NCBI GenBank assembly: GCA_045114235.1
Contig: JBGUKB010000140.1
Span: forward strand, 1-57,659
Source of the DNA: Victivallales bacterium
GTDB taxonomy: Bacteria; Verrucomicrobiota; Lentisphaeria; Victivallales; UBA1829
DNA: 57,659 nucleotides
Direction of reading: 5' to 3'
A model generated the notes under the pieces. That model was not told the DNA's origin. It did no database searches and saw nothing but the letters and a program-made list of their open reading frames with translations. A program made the translations under genes and the position numbers. This document shows, piece by piece, positions 36,951-46,829 of the stretch (positions are counted from its first letter, which is position 1; the number at the start of each line of letters is the position of its first letter).

Positions 36951-37799
36951 ATGAGTTGGAACAGGATCACGAATTGGAATCATCGGATATCCTTTGTGTT
37001 CGCGCTTCTTTCCGTCTGCCTGTGCGCATCCGGGTGCTGTATCCGGAATGCCTGGAGCATCGGAGACAGGGTTGCGACTCTTGACGACCGGTATTATGAG
37101 GTTTCGCCGGACGGGAGCGAGTTCACCTATACATGCCTCAGGAAAACGACGCTGTCCCTGCCGTTCTTCCTGACACGCGCCACCTGTGACCCCTTCGAAA
37201 TGCGTGTCAATCTGGACTCCGTCCGGGAGGACATGATCCCCGTTATTCTGGAAAAGGAGCCTTATTCGACGTATTCCTACATGCAGCGAAAGAGCCGGGA
37301 CGGAGAAAAAACGGCAAACCGTTTCGAGGTAGCGGATCTGATCCGGGATGGGAAATATGTCGATGCCCAAACGATAAGCGCCGAATCCGGTGTTCGCCCC
37401 GGCGATATGATCCGGCTGCGGATCGCTCCCGAGGACTATCCTCGCCTGTCCGAACCGTGCCTGATCGAATTGGGCTATCCGCCGATGGACAACCGGCTTA
37501 CGACGGGGTTCGACTTCGGCTATTATTACGGCTTCGTATTTCCGCAGCAGCAAACCGCGGACGGAGACCGCTGTGAAATGCTGGCATATCCGGAGCTTTC
37601 CCGCTTCGACGAACAGGTCCAGAGGGACATCATAGAGAAAAACAGGCAGCTTCGGAATTCCTACAATCCGCTCTGGTACGGGGCATGTGTCCTGATGACG
37701 CCCCTGGCGGTCGTCGGCGACGTCCTGCTGCTGCCGTATTACATCCCGTTGGGGATTGTGATGATCGTGACAGGCGGACATCCCGATATTATTTTTTAA
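36951..37799 (+). CDS. Hypothetical lipoprotein
   Basis: Lipobox-like ASGC; C-terminal hydrophobic TPLAVVGDVLLLP (YceK/YidQ-like). Confidence 0.7.
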   Translation: MSWNRITNWNHRISFVFALLSVCLCASGCCIRNAWSIGDRVATLDDRYYEVSPDGSEFTYTCLRKTTLSLPFFLTRATCDPFEMRVNLDSVREDMIPVILEKEPYSTYSYMQRKSRDGEKTANRFEVADLIRDGKYVDAQTISAESGVRPGDMIRLRIAPEDYPRLSEPCLIELGYPPMDNRLTTGFDFGYYYGFVFPQQQTADGDRCEMLAYPELSRFDEQVQRDIIEKNRQLRNSYNPLWYGACVLMTPLAVVGDVLLLPYYIPLGIVMIVTGGHPDIIF

Positions 37800-37824
37800 C
37801 GGAACGTTTTTTGCTTCCTCCCGT

Positions 37825-37853
37825 TTGAATTGCCATTAAAAATGTGCTATATT
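37825..37853 (+). promoter_or_regulatory. Sigma70-type promoter
   Basis: TTGAAT-17nt-TATATT with extended -10 TG. Confidence 0.6.
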
Positions 37854-37956
37854 AGTTAGATACCATTGCATTTTGCAATAAAAAAAACAACCGTTTTTCT
37901 ATCGTTTCAGTTCAGACGATTCCCCCCTTTTTTTGATACAGGATTCCTTCAGCCCC

Positions 37957-39621
37957 ATGAAAACCGAACAGACCTCACAACCGGAAACGCAAAAAAAGAC
38001 GAACCCGGTCGTCAATTTCTTCCGCCATTATCTTTTCGACGATGAAAACGATCACGGCGCGGACGGCGTGAACTTCACACGCATCCTCCTTATCATCCTG
38101 TCCGGCTGGCTGGTCTTCTGGACCGTGCTGCCGTGCATCGCGCTCGCGAACGATTTCATCGACGTGCTGGAAAACATCGTGTGGGGCCGCCATTTCCAGT
38201 TCGGATTCGACAAGAACCCGTACGCCGGGCCGTTTTTCGGCGCGGGCGTGTGGTATCTGAGCGGGAAGGCGTTCTTCTCGAGCTTCCTCGCGAGCCAGGT
38301 CTGCGTGTTCACGGGCATCTTCTGCGTGTTCCAGGTGGCGAAACGCATCCTGCCGCTCCGCACGGCGTTCCTCGCCGCGGTCACGCTCCTCTTCATCAAC
38401 TTCTACGGCATCAAGGCGACGGAACTCTGCGATGACGTGATGGAGCTCGCGGTGTGGCCGCTGACCATGCTGTTCGTCTACCTCGGCGTAAAAGGCAACC
38501 AAAAGAAAAGCTGGCTGTACTGGCTGTGCGCCGGATTCTTCGCCGGACTCGCCATGATGGTGAAGTATTTCGCGCCGGCGATGTACGTGTGCGTGGCAAT
38601 CCCGCTGCTGTTCACGAAGGAAGGCCGCTCCGTCTTCCGCAGGCCGCAGTTCTACCTGGCGGCGATCCCGTTCGTCCTCGTGGTCCTGCCAAACATCCTC
38701 TGGCTCTTCTCCAACGACTTCAAGCCGTTCCACTACGCGGCGGGACGCGCGGCGCTGTCGGGCGGCGAGACCATAACGCTTTCCGACCATTTCACGCGTC
38801 CGCTGAAGGCGCTGGACCGCGCGGCGCAGGTATTCGGCGTGGCGGTCATCTTCTTCGCGCTGTTCTTCCCGTGGCGGCGGAAACGCGCCGACCGGACGCA
38901 GTATTCCGCGTTCGATAAGGTGTTCGTGTGGTCTTGCTGCTGGGGTTCGTTCGCCTCGGCGCTGGTCTTCTCGCTCGTGACCGGCGGCAAGATCAATTAT
39001 TCGTGGGTCGTGCCGTGCTTCCCGTTCATGGGCGTGTGGCTCTTCATGGTCTGGTCGCCGCGCATCACGCGGATCAAGGCGCGCGCCTACCTGGCCGCCA
39101 CGCTGCTGATGGGATTCGTCTTCGGCGTGATCTTCGTGCTGCGTTCGCTGGAGAATCAGGGGTACCAGAAACGCGGCTGCGACTATGAGAACTACCCCGG
39201 ACACGCCGTAACCGCGGCGGCGACCGCCCTGTGGCACGAGGTCTCGGATCAGCCGATGCCCTACGTGATCTCCGACCGCAAGGGCTCGTGCAACGTGGCC
39301 GTGTACTCCCCCGAAGCGCCGGAAGCGTTCTTCGACGCCGACGTCACGCAGAGCCAGTGGATCGACCCGGACGACATCATGAAACGCGGCGGCGTCCTGA
39401 TCTGGGACGAGAAATTCGATGAGGACGAGGTTCAAAGGCTTTTCGATTTCACGAATACGATCCCGGCGGAACGGCTCGGCGAGATCCGCGAGATGCAGTT
39501 CCCGCGCGCCGTCCCCGCCTGGTATCAGAAACTCCGCGGCACGCCGAAACTGTTCCATGTCTCCATGCGCGTGATCCTGCCCGAAACCGCGGTAAAAACG
39601 CCGGAAGCACAGACGGAATAA
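37957..39621 (+). CDS. GT-C fold membrane glycosyltransferase (GT39/ArnT-like)
   Basis: DVLENIVWG...GFDKNP, GLAMMVKY, PNILWL; many TMs. Confidence 0.85.
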   Translation: MKTEQTSQPETQKKTNPVVNFFRHYLFDDENDHGADGVNFTRILLIILSGWLVFWTVLPCIALANDFIDVLENIVWGRHFQFGFDKNPYAGPFFGAGVWYLSGKAFFSSFLASQVCVFTGIFCVFQVAKRILPLRTAFLAAVTLLFINFYGIKATELCDDVMELAVWPLTMLFVYLGVKGNQKKSWLYWLCAGFFAGLAMMVKYFAPAMYVCVAIPLLFTKEGRSVFRRPQFYLAAIPFVLVVLPNILWLFSNDFKPFHYAAGRAALSGGETITLSDHFTRPLKALDRAAQVFGVAVIFFALFFPWRRKRADRTQYSAFDKVFVWSCCWGSFASALVFSLVTGGKINYSWVVPCFPFMGVWLFMVWSPRITRIKARAYLAATLLMGFVFGVIFVLRSLENQGYQKRGCDYENYPGHAVTAAATALWHEVSDQPMPYVISDRKGSCNVAVYSPEAPEAFFDADVTQSQWIDPDDIMKRGGVLIWDEKFDEDEVQRLFDFTNTIPAERLGEIREMQFPRAVPAWYQKLRGTPKLFHVSMRVILPETAVKTPEAQTE

Positions 39622-39717
39622 GTCCCTCTTCCCCGCTCTCGAAAAAGATGCTTTTCGACCGTTATTCCGCCTGGATGATCGGTCGGCGCGCCGATGCCCA
39701 AAAAGTATTTGCACGGC

Positions 39718-39746
39718 TTGACTTTTGCCTGGACGGATGATATATT
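39718..39746 (+). promoter_or_regulatory. Sigma70-type promoter for the Sel1 gene
   Basis: TTGACT-17nt-TATATT with extended -10 TG. Confidence 0.65.
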
Positions 39747-39827
39747 AGCCATCAGTCTTCGAACTGTTCCTGCGCCCCGTATCCGTTTCTAGCATAACCT
39801 CTTCCAACCTGAAACAAGGAATCCGAC

Positions 39828-42800
39828 ATGAAACTGTTCCCCCTCCTGTTCCTCTCCGTCCTCCTCGCATATCCCGTCATGGCGCAGGAAACGCAAACGC
39901 AGCTGTCGGATGCCACATCCGCAAACGAAACAAATTCCGAGGCGCGGAGTCTTTATGATGCCGGGGTTGCCGCATACGAAAACGAGCGTTTCGAGGAGGC
40001 GGCCTCACGCTTCCGGCAGGCGGCGGACATGGAATATGCGCCCGCCCAATACATGCTCAGCGAGTGTTACCGCAGGGGACGCGGGGTAAAAGGAAACGAG
40101 GCGCAGGCACGGGATTTGCGGCAGAAGGCGCTGAAACCGCTTCAGGACGCGGCGGACAAGGACGACGCCGAAGCGCTTTATCTCCTCGGCAAATACGCCG
40201 AAAGCATCTATTCGTTTCCCGCCTCCGGCATCATCCGGCCGGAAGCGCGTTTCTGGGTTTTCTACCGGAAAGCGGCGGATCTGGGCTATGCCCCCGCCCA
40301 ATATGCGCTCGGAGACTGTTCTTATTCCGAGGTATTCGGCGCGCCGGTCAAAAAAGACCTTGACGAGGCGTTGAAATGGTATCGGAAGGCGGCGGAAGCC
40401 GGGTATGCCCCCGCGCAGCATGTGCTGGGCATGTGCTATGAAACGGGCGACGGCGTAACAAAGGATTCGGTCGAATCCCTGAAATGGTATCGGAAGGCGG
40501 CGGAAGCCGGGTATGCGCGGGCGATCTACCGGACCGGCGTGTATTATGCCGAGGGAAAAGCCGTCGAAAAAGACGAAATCGAGGCGGGGAAATGGTATCG
40601 AAAGGCCGCGGAACTCGGTTATTCTCTGGCGCAGTTTGTGTACGGCAGATGCTGCGACCGGGGCGAATACGGAGTCGAAAAGAACGAGGCCGAAGCGTTC
40701 CATTGGTATAAGAAGGCGGCCGAACAGAGCCTGCCCGCCGCGTGCTCCGCACTCGCGGAGTGTTATGTAAACGGCCGGGGCACGGAATGCGACATCGGCG
40801 AGGCGCGGAAATGGAACAGGCATAATCTGGGCGATTACACGCGCCGCGAACTGCAGATCGGAAAACGTGTCATGCGCCACCCGGATCCCGGGGAACTGGA
40901 GGTTTTCGACAACGGGCTGAATGCCAGAATACTCGAGGATTCATCGGATGTCACCATGCTGCGGACGGACATCGCCGACAGTTATTACTACGGTCGGAAC
41001 GGCTTCAAACAGAATTACGCGGAAGCCGCGAAGTGGTACAGGATCAGCGCGGATATGCAGAGGGAGGGGTATGGGTTCTACGAACTGGGATTCTGTTACG
41101 AGTTCGGCAAGGGCGTGGAAGCCGACCTGGAGGAGGCGGAGAAGTGGTACGACAATCCCCATAACAGTTACAAAAAATACAGCTGGCTGATCGAAAACCG
41201 GACGAATATCCGCCGGATGGTCCGCCGGGCGCAGGCCGGCGACGCGGAGACCGCATATCAGCTCGGGCTGGCGTTTTTCAGCGGCATCGGCGTCAAACAG
41301 GACACGCCGGAGTCGGCGAAATGGTTCCGCGCGGCTGCAGAACAGAATCACCCCGGTGCGCTGTACCGGCTCGGACGCTGTTACGCGGAGGGTCTGGGGG
41401 TCGAAAAGGACATGAAAGAGGCTGTCGAATGTTATTTCAAGGCGGCGGAACATGGAAACGCCGAGGCGCAGTTCGAACTTGGAAAATGCTGCGAGACGGG
41501 GACCGGCGTACCGCAGGACGACGCGGAGGCGATCGAACGGTACAGGCAGGCTGCGGAACAGGGCCTCGCGGAAGCTCAGTGCGCCCTTGCGAACCTGTAT
41601 TTGAAAAGTGAAGAGGCCGGGGGAACCGCAAACGAGTTCAACGCCCTGCTGTGGTTTTTCCGCGCGGCGGAGCATGGAAACGCCGAGGCGCAGTACCGGA
41701 CCGGGAAGTACTACGGTTCCGGAAAGGATTACAGCCGCGAACGGCGCCGGGATTGGCTGACGCTGTCCGCGGAACAGAATTATGCTCCGGCGCTGTACGA
41801 GCTCGCCCGTTCGGCGCGCGGGACCTATCCCGACCCTGAAATCAGCCGTGACCGGGCGGCGGAGTATCTCATCCGGGCCGCTTATCTGAACTACGCTCCG
41901 GCGCAGATGTACCTCGCCGAATGTTATCGGGACCGGGACAACATCGTCAAGCAGGACGAAGGCGAAGCCGCCAAATGGTACCTTCGGGCAGAGAAAAACG
42001 GCGCCGAACTGGACAGTTACGCCATGTATTTCGTGGGACAGTGCCATGCCGCCGGGAAGGGCGTGAAACAGGACAAGGCCGAGGCCGTCAAATGGTATCG
42101 CAGGGCGGTTGAGCACGAGAAGAAAGATCGTCCGGCATACCTTGCGGCCTCCGCGCTCGGAGACTGCTATTATCTGGGCGACGGCGTGAAGCAGGACAAG
42201 GCCGAAGCGGAGAAATGGTATCGCAAAGCGGCGGACGATGGGGGATCGGGCGCATACAATTACAAATCCCATGTGATGCTCGCGATCTGCTACCGGGAAA
42301 GCGGCGACGAACGCTACGAGGAACAGGCCGCGAAGGCAATGAAGAACCTGCTTGCAGCCGAGCATTATGTCACCGACCGGGAGGCGTACAGGCTGGTGCT
42401 CGCCACGTGCTATGAGAAGGGGATCGGAGTCGGCAAGTCGGATTCCGAGTCGTTCCGGTATTGCACTCTGGCGGCGGACAGATATGTCGGCGTTTCCACG
42501 GCTTTCATGCGGATGGCGCGCTGTTACAGGCTCGGCATCGGCGTCGAAAAGAGCCGGGAGAAGGAGGAGGAATGGCTGCTGAAGGCGGCGATGAAGGACA
42601 GCCCGGAAGCCCAGGTCATGCTGGGCGACTTCTACGCCGAAAGGAAGGACGATCCCGTCAGCTGCGCCAACGCGCTCCGCTGGTATCAGGCGGGGGCGGA
42701 ACACGGCTATGCTCCCGCGGTGAGAAAACTTGCGACGTGTTATTCCACCGGTTCGCTCGGCGTCAGACGGGACACGGATCTGGCAATGGAATTCAGCCGG

Positions 42801-42863
42801 GAAAAGGCCGGAATCGTTCAGCCGGTGCGGGACGCCCTCCGCGAGTTCGGATTCGCGGACTGA
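39828..42863 (+). CDS. Large secreted Sel1-like repeat protein
   Basis: Many AQxxLGxCYxxGxGVxxDxxEAxKWYRKAAE units; signal peptide. Confidence 0.95.
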   Translation: MKLFPLLFLSVLLAYPVMAQETQTQLSDATSANETNSEARSLYDAGVAAYENERFEEAASRFRQAADMEYAPAQYMLSECYRRGRGVKGNEAQARDLRQKALKPLQDAADKDDAEALYLLGKYAESIYSFPASGIIRPEARFWVFYRKAADLGYAPAQYALGDCSYSEVFGAPVKKDLDEALKWYRKAAEAGYAPAQHVLGMCYETGDGVTKDSVESLKWYRKAAEAGYARAIYRTGVYYAEGKAVEKDEIEAGKWYRKAAELGYSLAQFVYGRCCDRGEYGVEKNEAEAFHWYKKAAEQSLPAACSALAECYVNGRGTECDIGEARKWNRHNLGDYTRRELQIGKRVMRHPDPGELEVFDNGLNARILEDSSDVTMLRTDIADSYYYGRNGFKQNYAEAAKWYRISADMQREGYGFYELGFCYEFGKGVEADLEEAEKWYDNPHNSYKKYSWLIENRTNIRRMVRRAQAGDAETAYQLGLAFFSGIGVKQDTPESAKWFRAAAEQNHPGALYRLGRCYAEGLGVEKDMKEAVECYFKAAEHGNAEAQFELGKCCETGTGVPQDDAEAIERYRQAAEQGLAEAQCALANLYLKSEEAGGTANEFNALLWFFRAAEHGNAEAQYRTGKYYGSGKDYSRERRRDWLTLSAEQNYAPALYELARSARGTYPDPEISRDRAAEYLIRAAYLNYAPAQMYLAECYRDRDNIVKQDEGEAAKWYLRAEKNGAELDSYAMYFVGQCHAAGKGVKQDKAEAVKWYRRAVEHEKKDRPAYLAASALGDCYYLGDGVKQDKAEAEKWYRKAADDGGSGAYNYKSHVMLAICYRESGDERYEEQAAKAMKNLLAAEHYVTDREAYRLVLATCYEKGIGVGKSDSESFRYCTLAADRYVGVSTAFMRMARCYRLGIGVEKSREKEEEWLLKAAMKDSPEAQVMLGDFYAERKDDPVSCANALRWYQAGAEHGYAPAVRKLATCYSTGSLGVRRDTDLAMEFSREKAGIVQPVRDALREFGFAD

Positions 42864-42884
42864 AGCCCGCCTTTCTCCAGCTCC

Positions 42885-42922
42885 GGGCTGCTTTTCCGCA
42901 CCCGGAAACAGCCTGTTTTTTT
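42885..42922 (+). terminator. Intrinsic terminator after the Sel1 gene
   Basis: GGCTG..TTTCCG/CGGAAACAGCC hairpin followed by T7. Confidence 0.65.
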
Positions 42923-43041
42923 CCGTTCCGGGCAAAGCCGGGCGCTGCCGCAGCAGAGTTTCCGCATCCTCGTGCGCAAGCGAAGCTGAGCGCACTACCG
43001 CAGTCCAGGGCTTGCCCTGGTAAATTTTCAGCAAATAGCAT

Positions 43042-43070
43042 TTGAAAAAGGCGGGCTTTTATGATATATT
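43042..43070 (+). promoter_or_regulatory. Sigma70-type promoter for fmt and the RNase gene
   Basis: TTGAAA-17nt-TATATT with extended -10 TG. Confidence 0.65.
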
Positions 43071-43106
43071 AAAGTTTAAAACTTTTTTCGGACGTGAAAA
43101 AACATC

Positions 43107-44096
43107 ATGATCAGAAACCCGCGCATTTTGTTTATGGGAGCCGGCGTTTTCGCCGTCCCGATCCTCGAGGCCCTGGCGAACAGCCATGACCTCACGCTCG
43201 CCGTGGCCGTGACCCAGCCGGACCGCGCGGCGGGGCGCAAACGCGTGCTGACGCCGACTCCGCTCGGACGGTACGCGGATGCGGCGGGGATCCCGTGCGA
43301 ACGCGTGCAGTCCGTGAACACTCCGGAGTTCCTGGACCACGCGGCGGCGCTGGAGCCGGACATGATCGTGGTGGTGTCGTTCGGACAGATCCTGCGGGAA
43401 CCGATCCTGAATCTCCCGCCGCTCGGCTGCCTGAACGTCCATGCGTCCCTTCTCCCGAAATACCGCGGGGCGTCGCCCATCACCACCTGCGTATTGAACG
43501 GAGACGACATCACCGGAGTAACGTTTATGCAGATGGAACGGGGGCTGGACTCGGGGCCGATCTACGAGATGCACCGCATGCCCGTCCCGCCCGGGATCAC
43601 CTCGGAGGAGCTGGAACGCACGCTCTCCGCGATGGCCGGGAGCCGCATCTGCAACTGCGTAGGCCGCATCGCGCGCGGCGAGATCACGCCGTGTCCGCAG
43701 CCCGCCGAGGGTGTCACGATCGCGGTCAAAATCCGAAAATCGGACGGGTTCGTCGACTGGAACGAAGACGCCGCCGTCCTGGAACGAAAGGTGAGGGCTT
43801 ATCATAACTGGCCGTCGATGTCCTTCCGCGTCAACGTGCGCGGACGCGTCATGTCGGTCAAGATCACGAAAGCGTCGTATACGTCCTTCAAAGCGCCCAA
43901 TGCGGAGCCGGGGAAGATCACTGCACTCGCCGACAACAGGATCATGGTGTCCTGCGGCTCCGGTTCCCTGCTGCTCGACCGCATCGTGCCCGAAGGAAAA
44001 AAGGAAATGCCCGTCGCCGATTTCCTGAACGGCGCCCGCCTCGAAGTCGGCGACGTCCTGCTGAACGGCCAGCCCGAACAGCAGCCAACCCCGTGA
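43107..44096 (+). CDS. fmt: Methionyl-tRNA formyltransferase
   Basis: ILFMG, VTQPDR, NVHASLLPKYRGASPI, GLDSGP. Confidence 0.97.
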   Translation: MIRNPRILFMGAGVFAVPILEALANSHDLTLAVAVTQPDRAAGRKRVLTPTPLGRYADAAGIPCERVQSVNTPEFLDHAAALEPDMIVVVSFGQILREPILNLPPLGCLNVHASLLPKYRGASPITTCVLNGDDITGVTFMQMERGLDSGPIYEMHRMPVPPGITSEELERTLSAMAGSRICNCVGRIARGEITPCPQPAEGVTIAVKIRKSDGFVDWNEDAAVLERKVRAYHNWPSMSFRVNVRGRVMSVKITKASYTSFKAPNAEPGKITALADNRIMVSCGSGSLLLDRIVPEGKKEMPVADFLNGARLEVGDVLLNGQPEQQPTP

Positions 44097-44112
44097 AAGA
44101 TTTTCCCAACTC

Positions 44113-45783
44113 ATGCCTCAAGAGAAAAAACAGATCATCCTGAACTGCGAGGAACTTGAGACCCGCTCGGCACTGCTCATCAACGGCCATCTGGAGGACT
44201 ACCAGATCGAGCGCAAGGGCGACGACATCGTCGCCGGGTCCATCTACCTCGGCAAGATCGTCCGCATCGAACCGGGCCTGGAAGCGTGCTTCGTCGACAT
44301 CGGCGCGGAGAAGAACGCCTTCATGCACTTCCGCGACATGCTCCCCGCCTCCTACGACATCCTCGACAACATCAAAAAGATCGGCGAGGAGCGCGAGCGT
44401 GTCAAGGAGACCGACGCCTCCCCGAAAAAGAAAAAGCACATCATCTCCCTCCTCAGCGAGAAATTCCGCAACCTCGTGACGGGCGGCGACCGCGCCAAAC
44501 GCCTGAAGGAGATGGAGGAGCGCATCCACACCGGCAGGATCACCATCGAGGACATCCCGCGCGTCTTCCCCGCCGGCTCCGAACTCCTCGTGCAGGTCAC
44601 GAAGGGCCCCATCGGCACCAAGGGCGCGCGCGTCACGACCAACATCACCATCCCCGGCCGCTACCTGGTCCTGCTCCCCTACTCCAAGCACATCGGGCTC
44701 TCCTCGCGCATCGAGGACAGGAAGGAACGCGACCGCCTCCGCAAGATTCTGCTCGGGCTGAAGCTCCCGGACGGAATGGGCCTCATCTGCCGCACCGTCG
44801 GCGAACACCGCAAGGCGGTCTTTTTCCAGCGCGACCTGGAAATGCTCCTCGAACTCTGGGAGAAGGTCGACAACGCCCTGCTGAAGCCGAAGGCCCCCGC
44901 GCTCGTCTACGCCGAACCGGACCTGCTGGAACGTACCGTGCGCGACCTGCTGACCGATGACATCGACGAGATCGTGGTCGACGACAAGGACAAGTACGAC
45001 TTCCTGGTCGAAGCGCTCAAGAAGTTCGTCGGGAACGACTTCAACACGCAGATCACGCGCCACAAACGCGCCGAATCCGTGTTCGACCGCTACAAGGTCA
45101 CGCCCCAGGTCGCCGAAATCTACAACCGCATCGTGAACCTCCCCGGCGGCGGCTACCTCTGCATCGACGAGACCGAGGCACTCGTGGCGATCGACATCAA
45201 CACCGGCAAATCCAAGGCCGGCAAGGCGCAGCGCGAGCTGATCCTGAACACCAACCTCGAGGCCGCGAAGGAGATCGCGCGCCAGATACGCCTCCGCAAC
45301 ATCGGCGGACAGATCGTCATCGACTTCATCGACATGGCGAACAGCTCCGACCGCGAACAGGTCAACCGCACGATGAACAAGCTCGCCGACCTCGACCGCG
45401 CCCGCACGAAAATCCTCCCGATCAGCAAGTTCGGGCTCATGGAAATGACGCGCCAGCGCGAGAGCGAGAGCGTGCAGGATTCGCTGTTCGACCCGTGCCC
45501 GTACTGCGGCGGCTCCGGCCATGTGAAGTCCGCCATCAGCATGAGCGTGGAGATCCAGCGCCGCCTGCTCGAAATCCTGAAGCAGCGCACGAAGTCGAAG
45601 AAGGCCGCCACCGTGCGGGTCATCCTGAACCCCGCCGTGCTCGCGCGCCTCAAAAACGACGACGCGAAGATCCTCTACGAGATGGAAAGCAAATATGGCC
45701 GCGACCTCGAATTCCGCGCGGACCCGGCGATCCACGTCGAGGAATTCCGCCTCATCGACCCGAAGACGGGCGAGCTTCTATAA
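44113..45783 (+). CDS. Ribonuclease E/G family (RNase G-like, no C-terminal scaffold)
   Basis: GSIYLGKI S1 domain (with insertion), IDINTG, RLRNIGGQIVIDFIDM, EMTRQR, CPYC. Confidence 0.95.
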   Translation: MPQEKKQIILNCEELETRSALLINGHLEDYQIERKGDDIVAGSIYLGKIVRIEPGLEACFVDIGAEKNAFMHFRDMLPASYDILDNIKKIGEERERVKETDASPKKKKHIISLLSEKFRNLVTGGDRAKRLKEMEERIHTGRITIEDIPRVFPAGSELLVQVTKGPIGTKGARVTTNITIPGRYLVLLPYSKHIGLSSRIEDRKERDRLRKILLGLKLPDGMGLICRTVGEHRKAVFFQRDLEMLLELWEKVDNALLKPKAPALVYAEPDLLERTVRDLLTDDIDEIVVDDKDKYDFLVEALKKFVGNDFNTQITRHKRAESVFDRYKVTPQVAEIYNRIVNLPGGGYLCIDETEALVAIDINTGKSKAGKAQRELILNTNLEAAKEIARQIRLRNIGGQIVIDFIDMANSSDREQVNRTMNKLADLDRARTKILPISKFGLMEMTRQRESESVQDSLFDPCPYCGGSGHVKSAISMSVEIQRRLLEILKQRTKSKKAATVRVILNPAVLARLKNDDAKILYEMESKYGRDLEFRADPAIHVEEFRLIDPKTGELL

Positions 45784-45789
45784 AAACGG

Positions 45790-46206
45790 TCAGTTGCGTT
45801 TTTCTATAATCACCCGGACGGGCGGTTTCGCAGGCGGTTTGCCGGGATTCTCCGGCGGCCCCGCGATCAGTGCCGCCGTCACTGCCGCCAGACGCCACGG
45901 GATGCCGAGCGCGCCCGACGGCGCGGCGACCGGCGGGAAATAGACGCCCGTCCCGGTCAGGATGCCGCCGTTCGCGAGATGCCAGCATTCCTCCTCGTAC
46001 ACGTAGTGCGTCTTCATGTCCGGACGCCAGTACACGCCGTCCTTGTGGTAATACCCGCCGTCCGCGTAGTAATAGCAGTCTCCGATCCAGCCGAGATCGG
46101 GTTCCGGCGCTTTCTCCGCCTCATCCGCCGCGCACGCGAACGGCGCGAGCAATGCCGCCAGCGCCAGTGTTTTCAGCAGTTTCGAGGGGATCGGGAGCGT
46201 TTTCAT
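45790..46206 (-). CDS. Small secreted hypothetical protein with duplicated aromatic motif
   Basis: GGAG RBS, signal peptide, two CxxxAxGGxxxxxGVYxxP units, Pro-rich tail. Confidence 0.7.
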   Translation of the reverse strand: MKTLPIPSKLLKTLALAALLAPFACAADEAEKAPEPDLGWIGDCYYYADGGYYHKDGVYWRPDMKTHYVYEEECWHLANGGILTGTGVYFPPVAAPSGALGIPWRLAAVTAALIAGPPENPGKPPAKPPVRVIIEKRN

Positions 46207-46230
46207 ACAGTTTTCTCCGGCGGGAAAGCC

Positions 46231-46599
46231 TTATTTACGATTCCGTGTCCACAAGACCCGTTTGTTGAACTTCACGACATCGACATGCGGAGGAATCTCG
46301 ACCTCGTATTCGAATGCGCCCTGTCCTTCCGACACCAAAGTGCCGGACAGAACGATCATATTGCCGTTTGTTTCCTGTTCGATGCTCTTGATGCCCCAGG
46401 TGCTTTCCGCATAGTCGCCCTCGATTTTCAGCGTCAGCATGCCGTGATCCTCTTCATTCGGAATCACCGCCATGCTGGAAACGACAAGATAATCTTCGTT
46501 GATCTCTTTCGTCGTTTCGCATCCGGTGAACGATGCAACGATCAGGAAGACCGCGATGACGGCAAAGACAATGGTTCGAATTTTTTTCGTGAATTGCAT
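46231..46599 (-). CDS. Small lipoprotein, beta-rich
   Basis: MQFTKKIR...SFTGC lipobox. Confidence 0.75.
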   Translation of the reverse strand: MQFTKKIRTIVFAVIAVFLIVASFTGCETTKEINEDYLVVSSMAVIPNEEDHGMLTLKIEGDYAESTWGIKSIEQETNGNMIVLSGTLVSEGQGAFEYEVEIPPHVDVVKFNKRVLWTRNRK

Positions 46600-46829
46600 T
46601 CCCGAATCGCTTATCCGAATATCATAAGAAGGGCTGAAATGATGTTGAACACGGGGGGAAGAACCTTTCGATGAAAACGCGTGGGGCTTCCTTTGCCCGG
46701 TATGAATCGCCTCGGTCAAGTGTCGCGTTATATACATAGCTCAAACCTCGTCTAATTTGGGTTTTAATTCCAACATAGCCGACAATTCCGTTTTTTCAAG
46801 TCCGCTTTCTTTATAAAAACCAAAAAAAA

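Noticed and set aside
35898..37781. 627-aa minus-strand ORF across the lower-GC islet
   Set aside because: Opposite two well-supported plus-strand genes and has no recognisable motifs; treated as a shadow.
35871..37830. Fic islet as a bona fide mobile element
   Set aside because: No integrase, transposase, tRNA target or convincing flanking direct repeats.
39828..42863. Periodic repeats resembling a CRISPR array
   Set aside because: In-frame Sel1 coding repeats; no cas genes or constant repeat-spacer structure.
46640..46720. GGGCAAA...GAAAG resembling a c-di-GMP-I riboswitch
   Set aside because: The required P2/P3 pairing and tetraloop-receptor arrangement are not present.
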